Counted from the stretch's first letter, positions 7,800-16,141 are shown. The stretch: 32,000 nt of DNA from Hyperthermus butylicus DSM 5456 (GCF_000015145.1 NC_008818.1:450001-482000); one strand, 5' to 3'. Numbers and translations: made by a program. The notes: a model not told the origin generated them from the sequence alone.

Positions 7800-9506
7800 T
7801 TACTCCTCCTTCTCCTCCTTCTCCTCTTCCTCGCCCTTCTTCTTCTCTTCCTCCTTCTCCTCGCGGCGTGCAGCCGCTATGATGTCGTCAATCCTTAGCA
7901 CCATTGTTGCAGCCTCGGTACCGGCCTTGATCGCGTTAGCCTTCACGCTTACCGGCTCAATGACACCGAGCTTCTTCATGTCATCAACATCGCCCTTGAA
8001 GACGTTTACACCTACCCACTTGCCCTCAGCCTTTGCATGGGCAGCACGTAGCTTCATGATTATCTCTACAGGTTCTAGGCCAGCGTTCTCTGCTAGAGCC
8101 ATTGGTAGGCCCTCGAGAGCCCTCGCGAAGGCTTCTACTGCTAGCTGCTCCTTACCACCAATCTTTGGTGCTATCTCGCGCAGGTACTTAGCAACCTCTA
8201 CCTCAACCGCGCCACCACCAGCAACAATCTTGCCATCCCTAATCGCATCAGCTACAGCATGTAGAGCGTCGTTGATGCTCCTTTCAGCCTCGTCTACAAG
8301 CCTCTCGAGACCACCGCGGATGAGTATGGTTACTGCTCTTGGGTTCGGACAGCCCTCGATGAATACCATCTTGTCCTCGCCGACCTTCCTCTCCTCGACG
8401 AGCTTGGCGAAGCCTAGGTCCTCGGGTGTTAAGTCATCAATGTTGCTCACGATCTTGGCGCCGGTCGCCCTTGCAATCTTCTCTATGTCGCTCCTCTTTA
8501 CCCTTCTTACTGCCATGATGCCCTTCTTTGCTAGGAAGTGCTGGGCAACCTCGTCAATACCCTTCTGGGTTATAACTACGATACCAGCCTTACCCTCCAT
8601 ACCGTCCTTGCGTATCCTCTCCATGGCAACGTTATAGATCTTGTTTACCATCTCTTCTAGTATCTTCTCCTCCTCTTCTAGGAACTTCTTGAGGAATGCT
8701 GGATCGTTGATCCTTATCTCTGCATCGATTTCTGGCTTCTCGACCTCTAGTGGAGCATCGAGGAGTACAATGTAGGCGTTCTCGACCTTCTTGGGCATGC
8801 CTGGGTGTACAACCTCCTTGTCCAGGACGATGCCGTAGATTAGCTTGGTGTCGCGTAGGCTACCACCATGCTTCTTGATTATCTGTATCGCATCTAGGTC
8901 TATGTACCATTTGTCGCCCCTCTTCTCAGCAACCTGCCTTACAGCCTTGACGACTATCTCTGCTAGATGCTCGCGTGCACCGTGGACTGCCTTGCTTGTG
9001 AGGCTTGTCATTGCTATCTTCTTGAGGGTCTCCTCGTCGTTTATGTCTATGGGTTCAGCTATCTCGTGGAGCTTCTTTACCGCCTCCTCGGCTGCCTTCT
9101 TGTAGCCACTCACAATGATTGTTGGGTGTACGTTCTTGTCTAGTAGCTCCTCGGCGTAACGTAGTAGCTCACCAGCGAATATTACTGCTGTCTTTGTACC
9201 GTCACCTACCTCCTCGTCCTGACCCTTGGCAATCTGCACTACGAGCTTCGCTGTTGGGTGCTGTACGTCCATCTTGTCTAGGATTGTTGCACCGTCGTTG
9301 GTTATCGTTATGTCGCCAAGGCTGTCCACTAGCATCTTGTCCATGCCCTTGGGACCGTAGGTTGTCCTTAGCGTCTCGGCGATAGCGCGTACGATCATTA
9401 TGTTTGTTCTTAGTGCTTCACGGCCGTAGGTCCTCTGGGTGCCCTCCTTGAGTATTAGTACTGGTACACCAGTAGGCTCAAGGGCAGCAACCTGGCGTGC
9501 AGACAT
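7800..9506 (-). CDS. ths: thermosome subunit (group II chaperonin)
   Basis: 568-aa ORF with [36 protein letters not shown]. The C-terminal tail is Glu/Lys-rich ([21 protein letters not shown]). Confidence 0.95.
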   Translation of the reverse strand: MSARQVAALEPTGVPVLILKEGTQRTYGREALRTNIMIVRAIAETLRTTYGPKGMDKMLVDSLGDITITNDGATILDKMDVQHPTAKLVVQIAKGQDEEVGDGTKTAVIFAGELLRYAEELLDKNVHPTIIVSGYKKAAEEAVKKLHEIAEPIDINDEETLKKIAMTSLTSKAVHGAREHLAEIVVKAVRQVAEKRGDKWYIDLDAIQIIKKHGGSLRDTKLIYGIVLDKEVVHPGMPKKVENAYIVLLDAPLEVEKPEIDAEIRINDPAFLKKFLEEEEKILEEMVNKIYNVAMERIRKDGMEGKAGIVVITQKGIDEVAQHFLAKKGIMAVRRVKRSDIEKIARATGAKIVSNIDDLTPEDLGFAKLVEERKVGEDKMVFIEGCPNPRAVTILIRGGLERLVDEAERSINDALHAVADAIRDGKIVAGGGAVEVEVAKYLREIAPKIGGKEQLAVEAFARALEGLPMALAENAGLEPVEIIMKLRAAHAKAEGKWVGVNVFKGDVDDMKKLGVIEPVSVKANAIKAGTEAATMVLRIDDIIAAARREEKEEEKKKGEEEEKEEKEE

Positions 9507-9566
9507 AGCTTACACCCCTATGCGCTCACTATCCTATGTCCGGGATAGATTGCCTTCGGGGTGCTT

Positions 9567-9575
9567 CTATATAAG
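9567..9575 (-). promoter_or_regulatory. TATA box (CTTATATAG on the minus strand), probably the thermosome promoter
   Basis: It lies about 65 nt upstream of ATG 9506, and an SD-like GGGGTG lies 8-13 nt before the ATG. The divergent rps17e gene has its own AAATAT about 45 nt upstream of 9656. Confidence 0.4.
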
Positions 9576-9655
9576 TGTTACTGTCAAGGCTTGCTTGGAG
9601 GGTCAGAAATATGTGCCTCTACACTCTGCAGCCCTAGCCCACTGGGGGGCACTGC

Positions 9656-9967
9656 ATGGGCAAGGTCAGGATAGGCCTTGTAAAGCGTACAGCTAGGAAG
9701 CTCGTAGAAATGTATCCCGACATCTTCACAGAGGATTTTGAACATAATAAGCGTATAGTATCACAGCTTATAGAGACTCCGTCGAAGAAGCTTAGGAACC
9801 AAATAGCAGGCTACGTTACAAGGCTCATTAGGCTGTACAAGCGTACCGGTGAGCTACAATACCTCATAGAGCAGCAGCATGCGGAGGAGTTTAGAGCAGC
9901 CCTCTTCCAACAACAGCAAGAACAGCCCAGCGGGCAAGCAGAACAGCAGAGCCAACAAACACAATAG
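9656..9967 (+). CDS. rps17e: 30S ribosomal protein S17e with a Gln-rich C-terminal extension
   Basis: The N-terminus MGKVRIGLVKRTARKLVEMYPDIFTEDFEHNKRIV...LRNQIAGYVTRL is the conserved eS17 core. The last 40 residues contain 14 Gln. Confidence 0.85.
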   Translation: MGKVRIGLVKRTARKLVEMYPDIFTEDFEHNKRIVSQLIETPSKKLRNQIAGYVTRLIRLYKRTGELQYLIEQQHAEEFRAALFQQQQEQPSGQAEQQSQQTQ

Positions 9968-10113
9968 ATAGTCAATATCCTTGACAGCACTTGTTGCATG
10001 GGAACGCCTGCAAGCTGTTAGAGTATTTGCACTTCTTAGGCCCTTGTTTGCTACACATTGCAATATAATGACTGATAGAATTACCTCTTAGCCTAGCATG
10101 TATGTGAGGTGGC

Positions 10114-10743
10114 ATGGAGGGTTTGACGGGTATACCACATCCACAGCCGACGAGGTTTAAGCCTGTATCATGGCGTGAAGTTGAGGAGGGCTGCGCCCAC
10201 ATAGCCGAGAAGATTCTCGCTACGAACCTTAATGTAGATGTGATCGTCGGCATCCTGCGGGGCGGCTGGATACCGGCAAGACTCCTCTCTGACTACCTAG
10301 GCGTAGACACTATGGGCGCACTCGAGGTAAAGTTCTACCGGGGTGTTGGCGAGACAGCAGAGAAACCTGTTATAACACAGCCGCTCATAGTGAATGTTAG
10401 GGATAAGGTTGTACTTGTAGTTGACGATGTCTCCGATACCGGTAAGACGCTTACCGTGGCAGTGAACTTCCTAATGCACTATGGCCCGAGAAAGATAGTA
10501 ACTGCTACACTCTATGTTAAACCGTGGTCCATGTATAGGCCAGACTTCTACCACAGCGAGACTGATGCATGGATAATATTCCCCTGGGATAAGGCTGAAA
10601 CTGTTGTAGAGCTTGTAGCAAAACGTGGACTCAGCATAGAAGAGGTCTCAAAAATTACGGGTGAAAGCATTGACTTCATTAGAAGAATCTTTGAGACAAG
10701 GAATAAGGCTTCAACAACTAGTTCCAGGGCTGGGCAGGATTAG
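10114..10743 (+). CDS. purine phosphoribosyltransferase (type I PRTase fold)
   Basis: 209-aa ORF with PRPP-binding motif VVLVVDDVSDTGKT and an upstream GILRGGWIPARLLSD loop. Confidence 0.75.
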   Translation: MEGLTGIPHPQPTRFKPVSWREVEEGCAHIAEKILATNLNVDVIVGILRGGWIPARLLSDYLGVDTMGALEVKFYRGVGETAEKPVITQPLIVNVRDKVVLVVDDVSDTGKTLTVAVNFLMHYGPRKIVTATLYVKPWSMYRPDFYHSETDAWIIFPWDKAETVVELVAKRGLSIEEVSKITGESIDFIRRIFETRNKASTTSSRAGQD

Positions 10744-11185
10744 CCTCCTACTACTCTGCACGAGGACAGATGAGGAGCTAGAGAAGCTTGCAGACAGCCT
10801 TGAAGCTGATCGCAAATGTATAGTGGGCATTATACCCGTATCGCTGGCCTCAAGACATTCTCTTAAAGAGGTATTAGCCGCGACCATCGCCGTCTACGCC
10901 GCCTACGCTAGGGGCAAGAACATTGCGCGAAAGCCCGGCATAGACGTACTCCTATATCTTGCAGGAGAGAGAAATATCTCAAAGGTGCTTCAAAACTATC
11001 CATTACGCTACGGCGAGCCAACAGTTCTTGCAGTAGCCTGCAAGAATCCGGAAAGCTTGGATCTGCTTGCCAGGAAAGCTAAGCCAGCTACCAGCTGCAG
11101 CTTACGCAGAGAAACCGAACCGTTAATGCTTGCAAAAATAGCCGTCTTTCCTGTCGAGGCCAAAGTCTACAAGCTCCAGGCCTAG
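10661..11185 (+). CDS. cgi121: KEOPS complex subunit Cgi121 (start uncertain; an in-frame TTG at 10691 is also possible)
   Basis: The segment KNIARKPGIDVLLYLAGERNISKVLQNY followed by TVLAVAC resembles the archaeal Cgi121 core. The listed start overlaps the upstream PRTase by 83 nt, so the true start is probably further downstream. Confidence 0.6.
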   Translation: MKALTSLEESLRQGIRLQQLVPGLGRISLLLLCTRTDEELEKLADSLEADRKCIVGIIPVSLASRHSLKEVLAATIAVYAAYARGKNIARKPGIDVLLYLAGERNISKVLQNYPLRYGEPTVLAVACKNPESLDLLARKAKPATSCSLRRETEPLMLAKIAVFPVEAKVYKLQA

Positions 11186-11316
11186 CCCCGGCCGCAGATA
11201 CACCAAGGCTCTGGCAGGATACAAGATAAATCTCCCTCCGGAACCCATTAACATAATAGATATAGACGCCGAGCCCGGCAGAGGAGCCTGGACACATTGG
11301 CCTCTGGTGACAGGCT

Positions 11317-11427
11317 ATGAAGTGGATACTTCTGGAAGAAGAGGAGGAATGGTGGGAAGAGGAAGAGGAGGAAGAGTGGTGGGAGGAAGAGGAGGAAGAA
11401 GAGGAGTGGGAGGAAGAAGAGTGGTAG
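11317..11427 (+). CDS. candidate micro-protein, 36 aa: MKWILLEEEEEWWEEEEEEEWWEEEEEEEEWEEEEW
   Basis: ATG is preceded by GGTGA (11306-11310, 6-nt spacer) and by an AT-rich TATA-like stretch at 11247-11266. An in-frame TGA lies immediately upstream. TAG is at 11425-11427 and a T5 run at 11458-11462. All TGG codons stay in frame. Confidence 0.3.
   Translation: MKWILLEEEEEWWEEEEEEEWWEEEEEEEEWEEEEW
11335..11424. repeat. 90-bp polypurine (GAR)n tract punctuated only by TGG / TGGTGG
   Basis: Direct reading shows GAR blocks of 15, 21, 24 and 12 nt separated by TGGTGG, TGGTGG and TGG, and ending in TGG. The complementary strand is polypyrimidine. Confidence 0.85.
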
Positions 11428-11525
11428 GCTCGGCCAACCTTGCTTTCTTCATAGCCGTTTTTAGCTGGTAGCTCTGTGCCGTCACCACTCCTCACAGCCG
11501 TGAGCGAGTATACCTGGAGCCCTTG

Positions 11526-11532
11526 AATATAT
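11526..11532 (+). promoter_or_regulatory. TATA-like box (AATATAT) upstream of abcE1
   Basis: It lies 44-50 nt upstream of the GTG start at 11576. Confidence 0.4.
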
Positions 11533-11575
11533 CCTTCCAGAGTAGCCGCGGCTGGGTCTACCCGGGTGTCGCCTA

Positions 11576-13417
11576 GTGGCAAGAATAGCTGTTATCGACT
11601 ATGAACTCTGCAAGCCCAGTAAGTGCCACCGCGAGTGCATAGCATTCTGCCCTGTAAACCTGACAGGCGGCAAGGCGATAGAGTTCGACGAGGCTAGGAG
11701 GAAGCCGGTGATCTACGAGGAGACTTGCGTTGGCTGCGGTATATGTGTTAAGAAGTGCCCGTTTAAGGCTATAAGCATTGTTAACCTTCCCGACGAGCTT
11801 GAGAAAAGCGTCATCCACCGCTATGGTAGGAACGGGTTTAAGCTCTATGGGCTCCCCGTACCACGTGAGGGTAGGATACTTGGCATCATAGGTAAGAATG
11901 GTACTGGCAAGTCTACAGCACTACGCATCCTCTCGGGCGAGCTTAGGCCAAACCTCGGCCAGGTGGATGGAACCACACCCTCCTGGGATGAGGTTATCCG
12001 GAGGTTTAGAGGGACAGAGCTTCAAAACTACTTTAAGAAGCTAGCCGAGGGCTCAATAAAGGCAGCCCACAAGATACAGTATATAGACCTTGTACCCCGT
12101 CGGGTTAAGGGTACCGTGCGACAGCTACTAGAAAAGGCCGACGAGAGAGGGATATGGCGGGAGCTGGTAAAAGAGCTTGGACTCGAGAAGGTTCTGGACC
12201 GAGATATTAGGCAGCTTAGTGGTGGAGAGCTACAACGCTTCATGGTTGCAGCCGTGCTGAGCAAGGATGCAACCCTCTACCTCTTCGACGAGCCAAGCAG
12301 CTATCTTGATGTTAGGGAGAGGGTTAGGGTTGCCAGGACAATAAGGAGCTACGCGCCGAACAACAGCTATCTAGTCGTCGTAGAACACGACATCGCCATG
12401 CTCGACTACCTCTCAGATTACGTCGTAATCATGTATGGTGAACCCGGCGTATACGGCATAGCCTCAAAACCCTACGGCGTCCGAGCCGGCATAAACCACT
12501 TCCTAAGGGGCTACCTTCCAGCCGAAAACATGAGAATTAGAAGCGAACCAATAAGATACACCATAACAGCCACACCGAGCGAGACCACACTCAGCTTGAA
12601 AACATACATCTCCTGGTCCAAGCTAACAGTAAGCCTCAACGGCTTCCAGCTAAGGGTTGAGGAGGGAGAGCTACACGAGGGAGAAGTGCTAGGCGTAGTA
12701 GGACCAAACGGTATAGGTAAAACAACCTTTGTACGTGTACTGGCAGGAGAGCTCAAACCAACGGAGGGTAGTGTTTCAAAGCCTGCCGGAACCCTAAAGG
12801 TTAGCTACAAGCCACAGTATGTTAGCCCAAGCCTATTCGGCGAGGATAAAACCGTTGAGGAAGTGCTCGCCGAGGCCAACAAGTCTGTGCTAGCACCCGG
12901 CTCCTGGCTCAACGTGGAGATACTTAGAAGGATGAGACTCGACCGCCTCCTCGATCGCCGTGTAGGCGAGCTAAGCGGTGGAGAGCTTCAGAAGCTAGCA
13001 GTAGCAGTCGCACTAGCAAGAGAAGCTGACATCTACCTCCTTGACGAACCCTCAGCATACCTCGACGTGGAGGAGAGGCTAGCAGTAGCAAAGATCATTA
13101 AGAGGCTAACCGAAGCACGCGGTGCAGCAGCAATAGTTGTGGAGCACGACATAGCGGTACAAGACTACATTGCAAGCCGGATAATGGTGTTCACCGGTAC
13201 TCCCGGCGTTGAAGGTCATGCACACCAACCAGCCTCGCTCTTCGATGGCATGAACACCTTTCTGAAAGAGCTAGGCATAACGATAAGGAAGGATCCTGAA
13301 ACAGGTAGGCCGAGGATAAACAAGGAGGGAAGCTTCCTTGACAGGCTGCAGAAGAGATTAGGCAAGTACTACTACATACCTAGGCCAGGCGAGGAAGAGA
13401 AAGAGGGAGAGGAATGA
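11576..13417 (+). CDS. abcE1: ABCE1 / RNase L inhibitor homologue (ribosome recycling ATPase)
   Basis: 613-aa ORF. N-terminal twin 4Fe-4S motifs CKPSKCHRECIAFCP and CVGCGICVKKCP. Two Walker A motifs (GKNGTGKST, GPNGIGKTT) and two ABC signatures (LSGGELQR, LSGGELQK). Confidence 0.95.
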   Translation: MARIAVIDYELCKPSKCHRECIAFCPVNLTGGKAIEFDEARRKPVIYEETCVGCGICVKKCPFKAISIVNLPDELEKSVIHRYGRNGFKLYGLPVPREGRILGIIGKNGTGKSTALRILSGELRPNLGQVDGTTPSWDEVIRRFRGTELQNYFKKLAEGSIKAAHKIQYIDLVPRRVKGTVRQLLEKADERGIWRELVKELGLEKVLDRDIRQLSGGELQRFMVAAVLSKDATLYLFDEPSSYLDVRERVRVARTIRSYAPNNSYLVVVEHDIAMLDYLSDYVVIMYGEPGVYGIASKPYGVRAGINHFLRGYLPAENMRIRSEPIRYTITATPSETTLSLKTYISWSKLTVSLNGFQLRVEEGELHEGEVLGVVGPNGIGKTTFVRVLAGELKPTEGSVSKPAGTLKVSYKPQYVSPSLFGEDKTVEEVLAEANKSVLAPGSWLNVEILRRMRLDRLLDRRVGELSGGELQKLAVAVALAREADIYLLDEPSAYLDVEERLAVAKIIKRLTEARGAAAIVVEHDIAVQDYIASRIMVFTGTPGVEGHAHQPASLFDGMNTFLKELGITIRKDPETGRPRINKEGSFLDRLQKRLGKYYYIPRPGEEEKEGEE

Positions 13418-13429
13418 CCTAACATAATG

Positions 13430-13511
13430 CCTGACAGGAGGCAAGCCACACCTGACAGGCAACAAGTGTAGGGGCTACCTGGGCTATCAGCAAAGAGCTA
13501 CACCTGACAGG
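13430..13511. promoter_or_regulatory. array of three CCTGACAGG palindromic 9-mers in the abcE1 / orphan-gene spacer
   Basis: Exact copies at 13430-13438, 13451-13459 and 13503-13511. Centre spacing is 21 and 52 bp. Confidence 0.5.
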
Positions 13512-13573
13512 CGAGCGTTGCGCGGGAGCTGGAATAGCGTGCTCCTAGGCCAGATAGCTGTCGGAGAAACGCC

Positions 13574-14203
13574 TTGGCCCCAAAGCTGCCGCTTGAGAGA
13601 AGGGCTGTCCGGCTTCAGGCAGCAAACAAGGTGCTTCTACCCCTTCTCTCCGGCGTGAAACGATTTTCCCGGCTCTGGCGTGCTTACAATCCACTACTTG
13701 CCGGGGTAAGCCGGGTAGACCAAACCCGCGACTATACAGTCACAATCCTGACCGTACACTTGCCAGCCAGTAACCCGCTAGTAGTAGCACTCTACACTAG
13801 CGCACAGGAAAGCAGACCAATAACGCCGAGCCAGCTAGGGCAGAGGATTGCAAGGCTACGAGCACAACTAGCGAAGCTGCGCGGCCGCGTATTCAACGCT
13901 GCCGACATAGTATACGCCATACTTGCACCTAGAGGCTTCACATCAGGAGCAATCAAGCTAGCTAGGAGGCTCGGAGTAAACACTGCAAGGAAGCCTGAAG
14001 AAGTTATACAGATACTTGCAAAATACCTCACAACGAGGCTGAACAGGCTATACCTACGACTCAAAGGCAAACTCATCTGGGGCGAGCTACCACTACTCAT
14101 ATATGCCCTGCAGGAACTAGCAGCTGCACTAGGAACCAAGCACAGAGTCATAGAGCCAGCACAAGCCCTCCAACTCGCAGAAAAAGGCGGATTCCTAACC
14201 TGA
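13574..14203 (+). CDS. hypothetical (orphan) protein, Arg/Leu/Ala-rich, TTG start
   Basis: 209-aa ORF. The sense translation is helix-like, while the antisense ORF 13792..14268 is Ser/Cys-rich junk. The segment YAILAPRGFTSGAIKLARRLGV weakly recalls the C-terminal part of Mrr/restriction-endonuclease-like domains (memory-based and unverified). Confidence 0.45.
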   Translation: MAPKLPLERRAVRLQAANKVLLPLLSGVKRFSRLWRAYNPLLAGVSRVDQTRDYTVTILTVHLPASNPLVVALYTSAQESRPITPSQLGQRIARLRAQLAKLRGRVFNAADIVYAILAPRGFTSGAIKLARRLGVNTARKPEEVIQILAKYLTTRLNRLYLRLKGKLIWGELPLLIYALQELAAALGTKHRVIEPAQALQLAEKGGFLT

Positions 14204-14686
14204 ACCTCGGAGAGAACTACCCAATTCTCTAGAACCAGAGATTCAACTTTACCTCTTTTGAGTGACATCCTTCACTCTTCAACCCAAAGAAGCTAAAGAA
14301 TATCAGAAGGTTACCTCGATCCTACTTCAAGTCCTAGCCTCTACTCCCGCTATCCTATAACTCGTAGACCAACAACTATAGCTCAACTATGAGATGACCG
14401 GGTCAACTTGTATAGCCAGCTTAGCGGAAGGTAGTGTCTACCACAAGGACTTTCCGCGGACTAGTATTGGTTCGTCTTCCTAGAAACATTCCTTGTGTAG
14501 ATCTTACAGATGCTGTAAGCGGTCTTGTAGTATCCCGATATTATATCGACTGTATCACCATGGAGAGCCACTCCTATCAACTAACGCTCAGGTAAATACT
14601 TGGAGCGAAGTATACTATAGGTCTAACATGTTTAGGTTGCTGCTAAGCTATAATCACACCATAGCCTTTATAATACTCTTGGGAAG

Positions 14687-14695
14687 CCTGACAGG
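14687..14695. promoter_or_regulatory. fourth CCTGACAGG copy
   Basis: Exact match in ORF-free DNA. Its flank GCCTGACAGGATG resembles copy 1 (GCCTGACAGGAGG). Confidence 0.4.
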
Positions 14696-14878
14696 ATGCT
14701 TAGCAGCGGATATCGTCTAGTTACCAGTTTAAAGCCATATGTTGCTATGACTGCCAGAATAACTCTAAGCATTCTTTCCTTACTTATAACATATAGGATA
14801 TATAGGAGCGGGGATACTCAGTCAGCTTCTTCGCCATCTGCTTCTTGCCTCCCAGTATTACAGATTGTTTCAAGGGCT

Positions 14879-14890
14879 CCTCCTGTCAGG
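14879..14890. promoter_or_regulatory. fifth copy, inverted: CCTCCTGTCAGG, the exact reverse complement of 13430-13441
   Basis: A 12-bp perfect inverted match to copy 1, 1449 bp away. Confidence 0.4.
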
Positions 14891-14929
14891 TTGTACTATC
14901 TTGCTGTGTGGGTGAGACTTAAGGCTCTC

Positions 14930-14953
14930 CCATACATAGCTTAGTATGTATGG
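14930..14953. promoter_or_regulatory. 9-bp inverted repeat CCATACATA-N6-TATGTATGG abutting the fbp start
   Basis: Read directly from the sequence. The 3' arm ends 10 nt before GTG 14963. Confidence 0.3.
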
Positions 14954-14962
14954 TGGTGTTTT

Positions 14963-16141
14963 GTGGGCGAGGAGCGTCGTGTAACTATAAGTGTTATCAA
15001 GGCTGATATAGGCAGCATTGCCGGTCACCATAAGGTACACCCTGACACTATTGCTGCTGCCACTCGCGTCCTCGCTGAGGCTAAGCGTAAGGGAACCATT
15101 ATAGACTTCTACGTAACCCATGTGGGCGACGATCTACAGCTAATCATGACACATAGAAAGGGTGTTGATAGTCCTGAAATCCATGGCCTGGCGTGGGAGG
15201 CTTTCAAGAAGGCTGCGGAGGTAGCTAAGGAGCTAGGCCTTTATGCTGCTGGCCAGGACCTGCTAAGTGACGCCTTTTCAGGCAATGTTAGGGGGCTAGG
15301 TCCCGGCGTTGCCGAGATGGAGTTTGTTGAGAGGCCAAGTGAACCAATAGTGGTGTTCATGGCTGATAAGACCGAGCCTGGCGCTTTCAACCTTCCGCTA
15401 TACAGAATATTTGCTGATCCATTCAATACTGCTGGCCTCGTAATAGACCCCAGGATGCATGATGGCTTTAAGTTCGAGGTCCTCGACGTTTTAGAGGGCA
15501 AGTATGTAGTGCTAAATGCGCCCGAGGAGCTCTACGACCTACTAGCACTCATAGGTACACCTAGCCGTTATGTGATAAAGAGGATCTACAGGAAGAGAGA
15601 CAACGAGATAGCAGCTGTGGTCAGTGTTGAAAGGCTTAACTTGATAGCAGGAAGGTACGTGGGTAAGGACGATCCAGTAGCAATCGTTAGGGCGCAGAGC
15701 GGTTTCCCGGCTGTCGGCGAGATACTGGAGCCTTTCAGCTTTCCACACCTAGTTGCGGGCTGGATGAGGGGTAGCCACTGGGGCCCACTAATGCCTGTAA
15801 GCCTGCGCGACGCCAAGTGTACAAGGTTCGATGGTCCGCCGAGAATCGTAGCGCTAGGCTTCCAGGTAACCAAGGGCAAGCTCATAGGTCCTGTAGACCT
15901 ATTCGACGACCCGGCATTCGACGAGGCTAGGAGGCTCGCACAGCAGATAGCAGACTACATGAGACGCCACGGCCCATTCATGCCGCACAGGCTAGGCCCA
16001 GAGGAGATGGAATACACGACATTGCCACAAGTACTGGAGAAGCTTAAGAACAGATTTGCCGAGGCTAAGGACTACGAGAAGTACATCAAGCCCAAGATTA
16101 AGAAAAGCGAACTACTCACGGGCGAGGAGACCCACGACTAA
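14963..16141 (+). CDS. fbp: bifunctional fructose-1,6-bisphosphate aldolase/phosphatase (class V FBPase)
   Basis: 392-aa ORF with a GTG start. The N-terminus TISVIKADIGSIAGHHKVHP and overall length are characteristic of the archaeal FBPA/P family. Confidence 0.93.
   Translation: MGEERRVTISVIKADIGSIAGHHKVHPDTIAAATRVLAEAKRKGTIIDFYVTHVGDDLQLIMTHRKGVDSPEIHGLAWEAFKKAAEVAKELGLYAAGQDLLSDAFSGNVRGLGPGVAEMEFVERPSEPIVVFMADKTEPGAFNLPLYRIFADPFNTAGLVIDPRMHDGFKFEVLDVLEGKYVVLNAPEELYDLLALIGTPSRYVIKRIYRKRDNEIAAVVSVERLNLIAGRYVGKDDPVAIVRAQSGFPAVGEILEPFSFPHLVAGWMRGSHWGPLMPVSLRDAKCTRFDGPPRIVALGFQVTKGKLIGPVDLFDDPAFDEARRLAQQIADYMRRHGPFMPHRLGPEEMEYTTLPQVLEKLKNRFAEAKDYEKYIKPKIKKSELLTGEETHD

Noticed and set aside
7879-8637. 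Long antisense ORFs inside strong genes (for example 7879..8637 in the thermosome, 24763..25254 in pepA, 25782..26240 in the gltD-like gene, 30659..30973 in the eIF-2B-like gene)
   Set aside because: Their Ser/Ala/Leu/Pro-rich translations are typical of the reverse strand of GC-balanced coding DNA. The sense genes carry unambiguous family motifs.
11088-11582. 164-aa minus-strand ORF with a Ser/His low-complexity core (HSSSSHSSSSSSSSHHSSSSSSSHHSSSSS), antisense to the polypurine tract
   Set aside because: Its only start is a TTG overlapping the abcE1 start codon. Its C-terminal third is Cys/Arg/Trp-rich junk overlapping cgi121 by 98 nt, and it runs through the abcE1 promoter. The open frame is explained by the stop-free polypyrimidine complement of the GAR tract.
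14493-15121. ORFs 14493..14720(+), 14696..14944(+) and 14870..15121(-)
   Set aside because: They are mutually overlapping, Cys/Ser/Leu/Tyr-rich and lack SD or TATA signals. The last one is antisense to the well-supported fbp start. They are treated as spurious.
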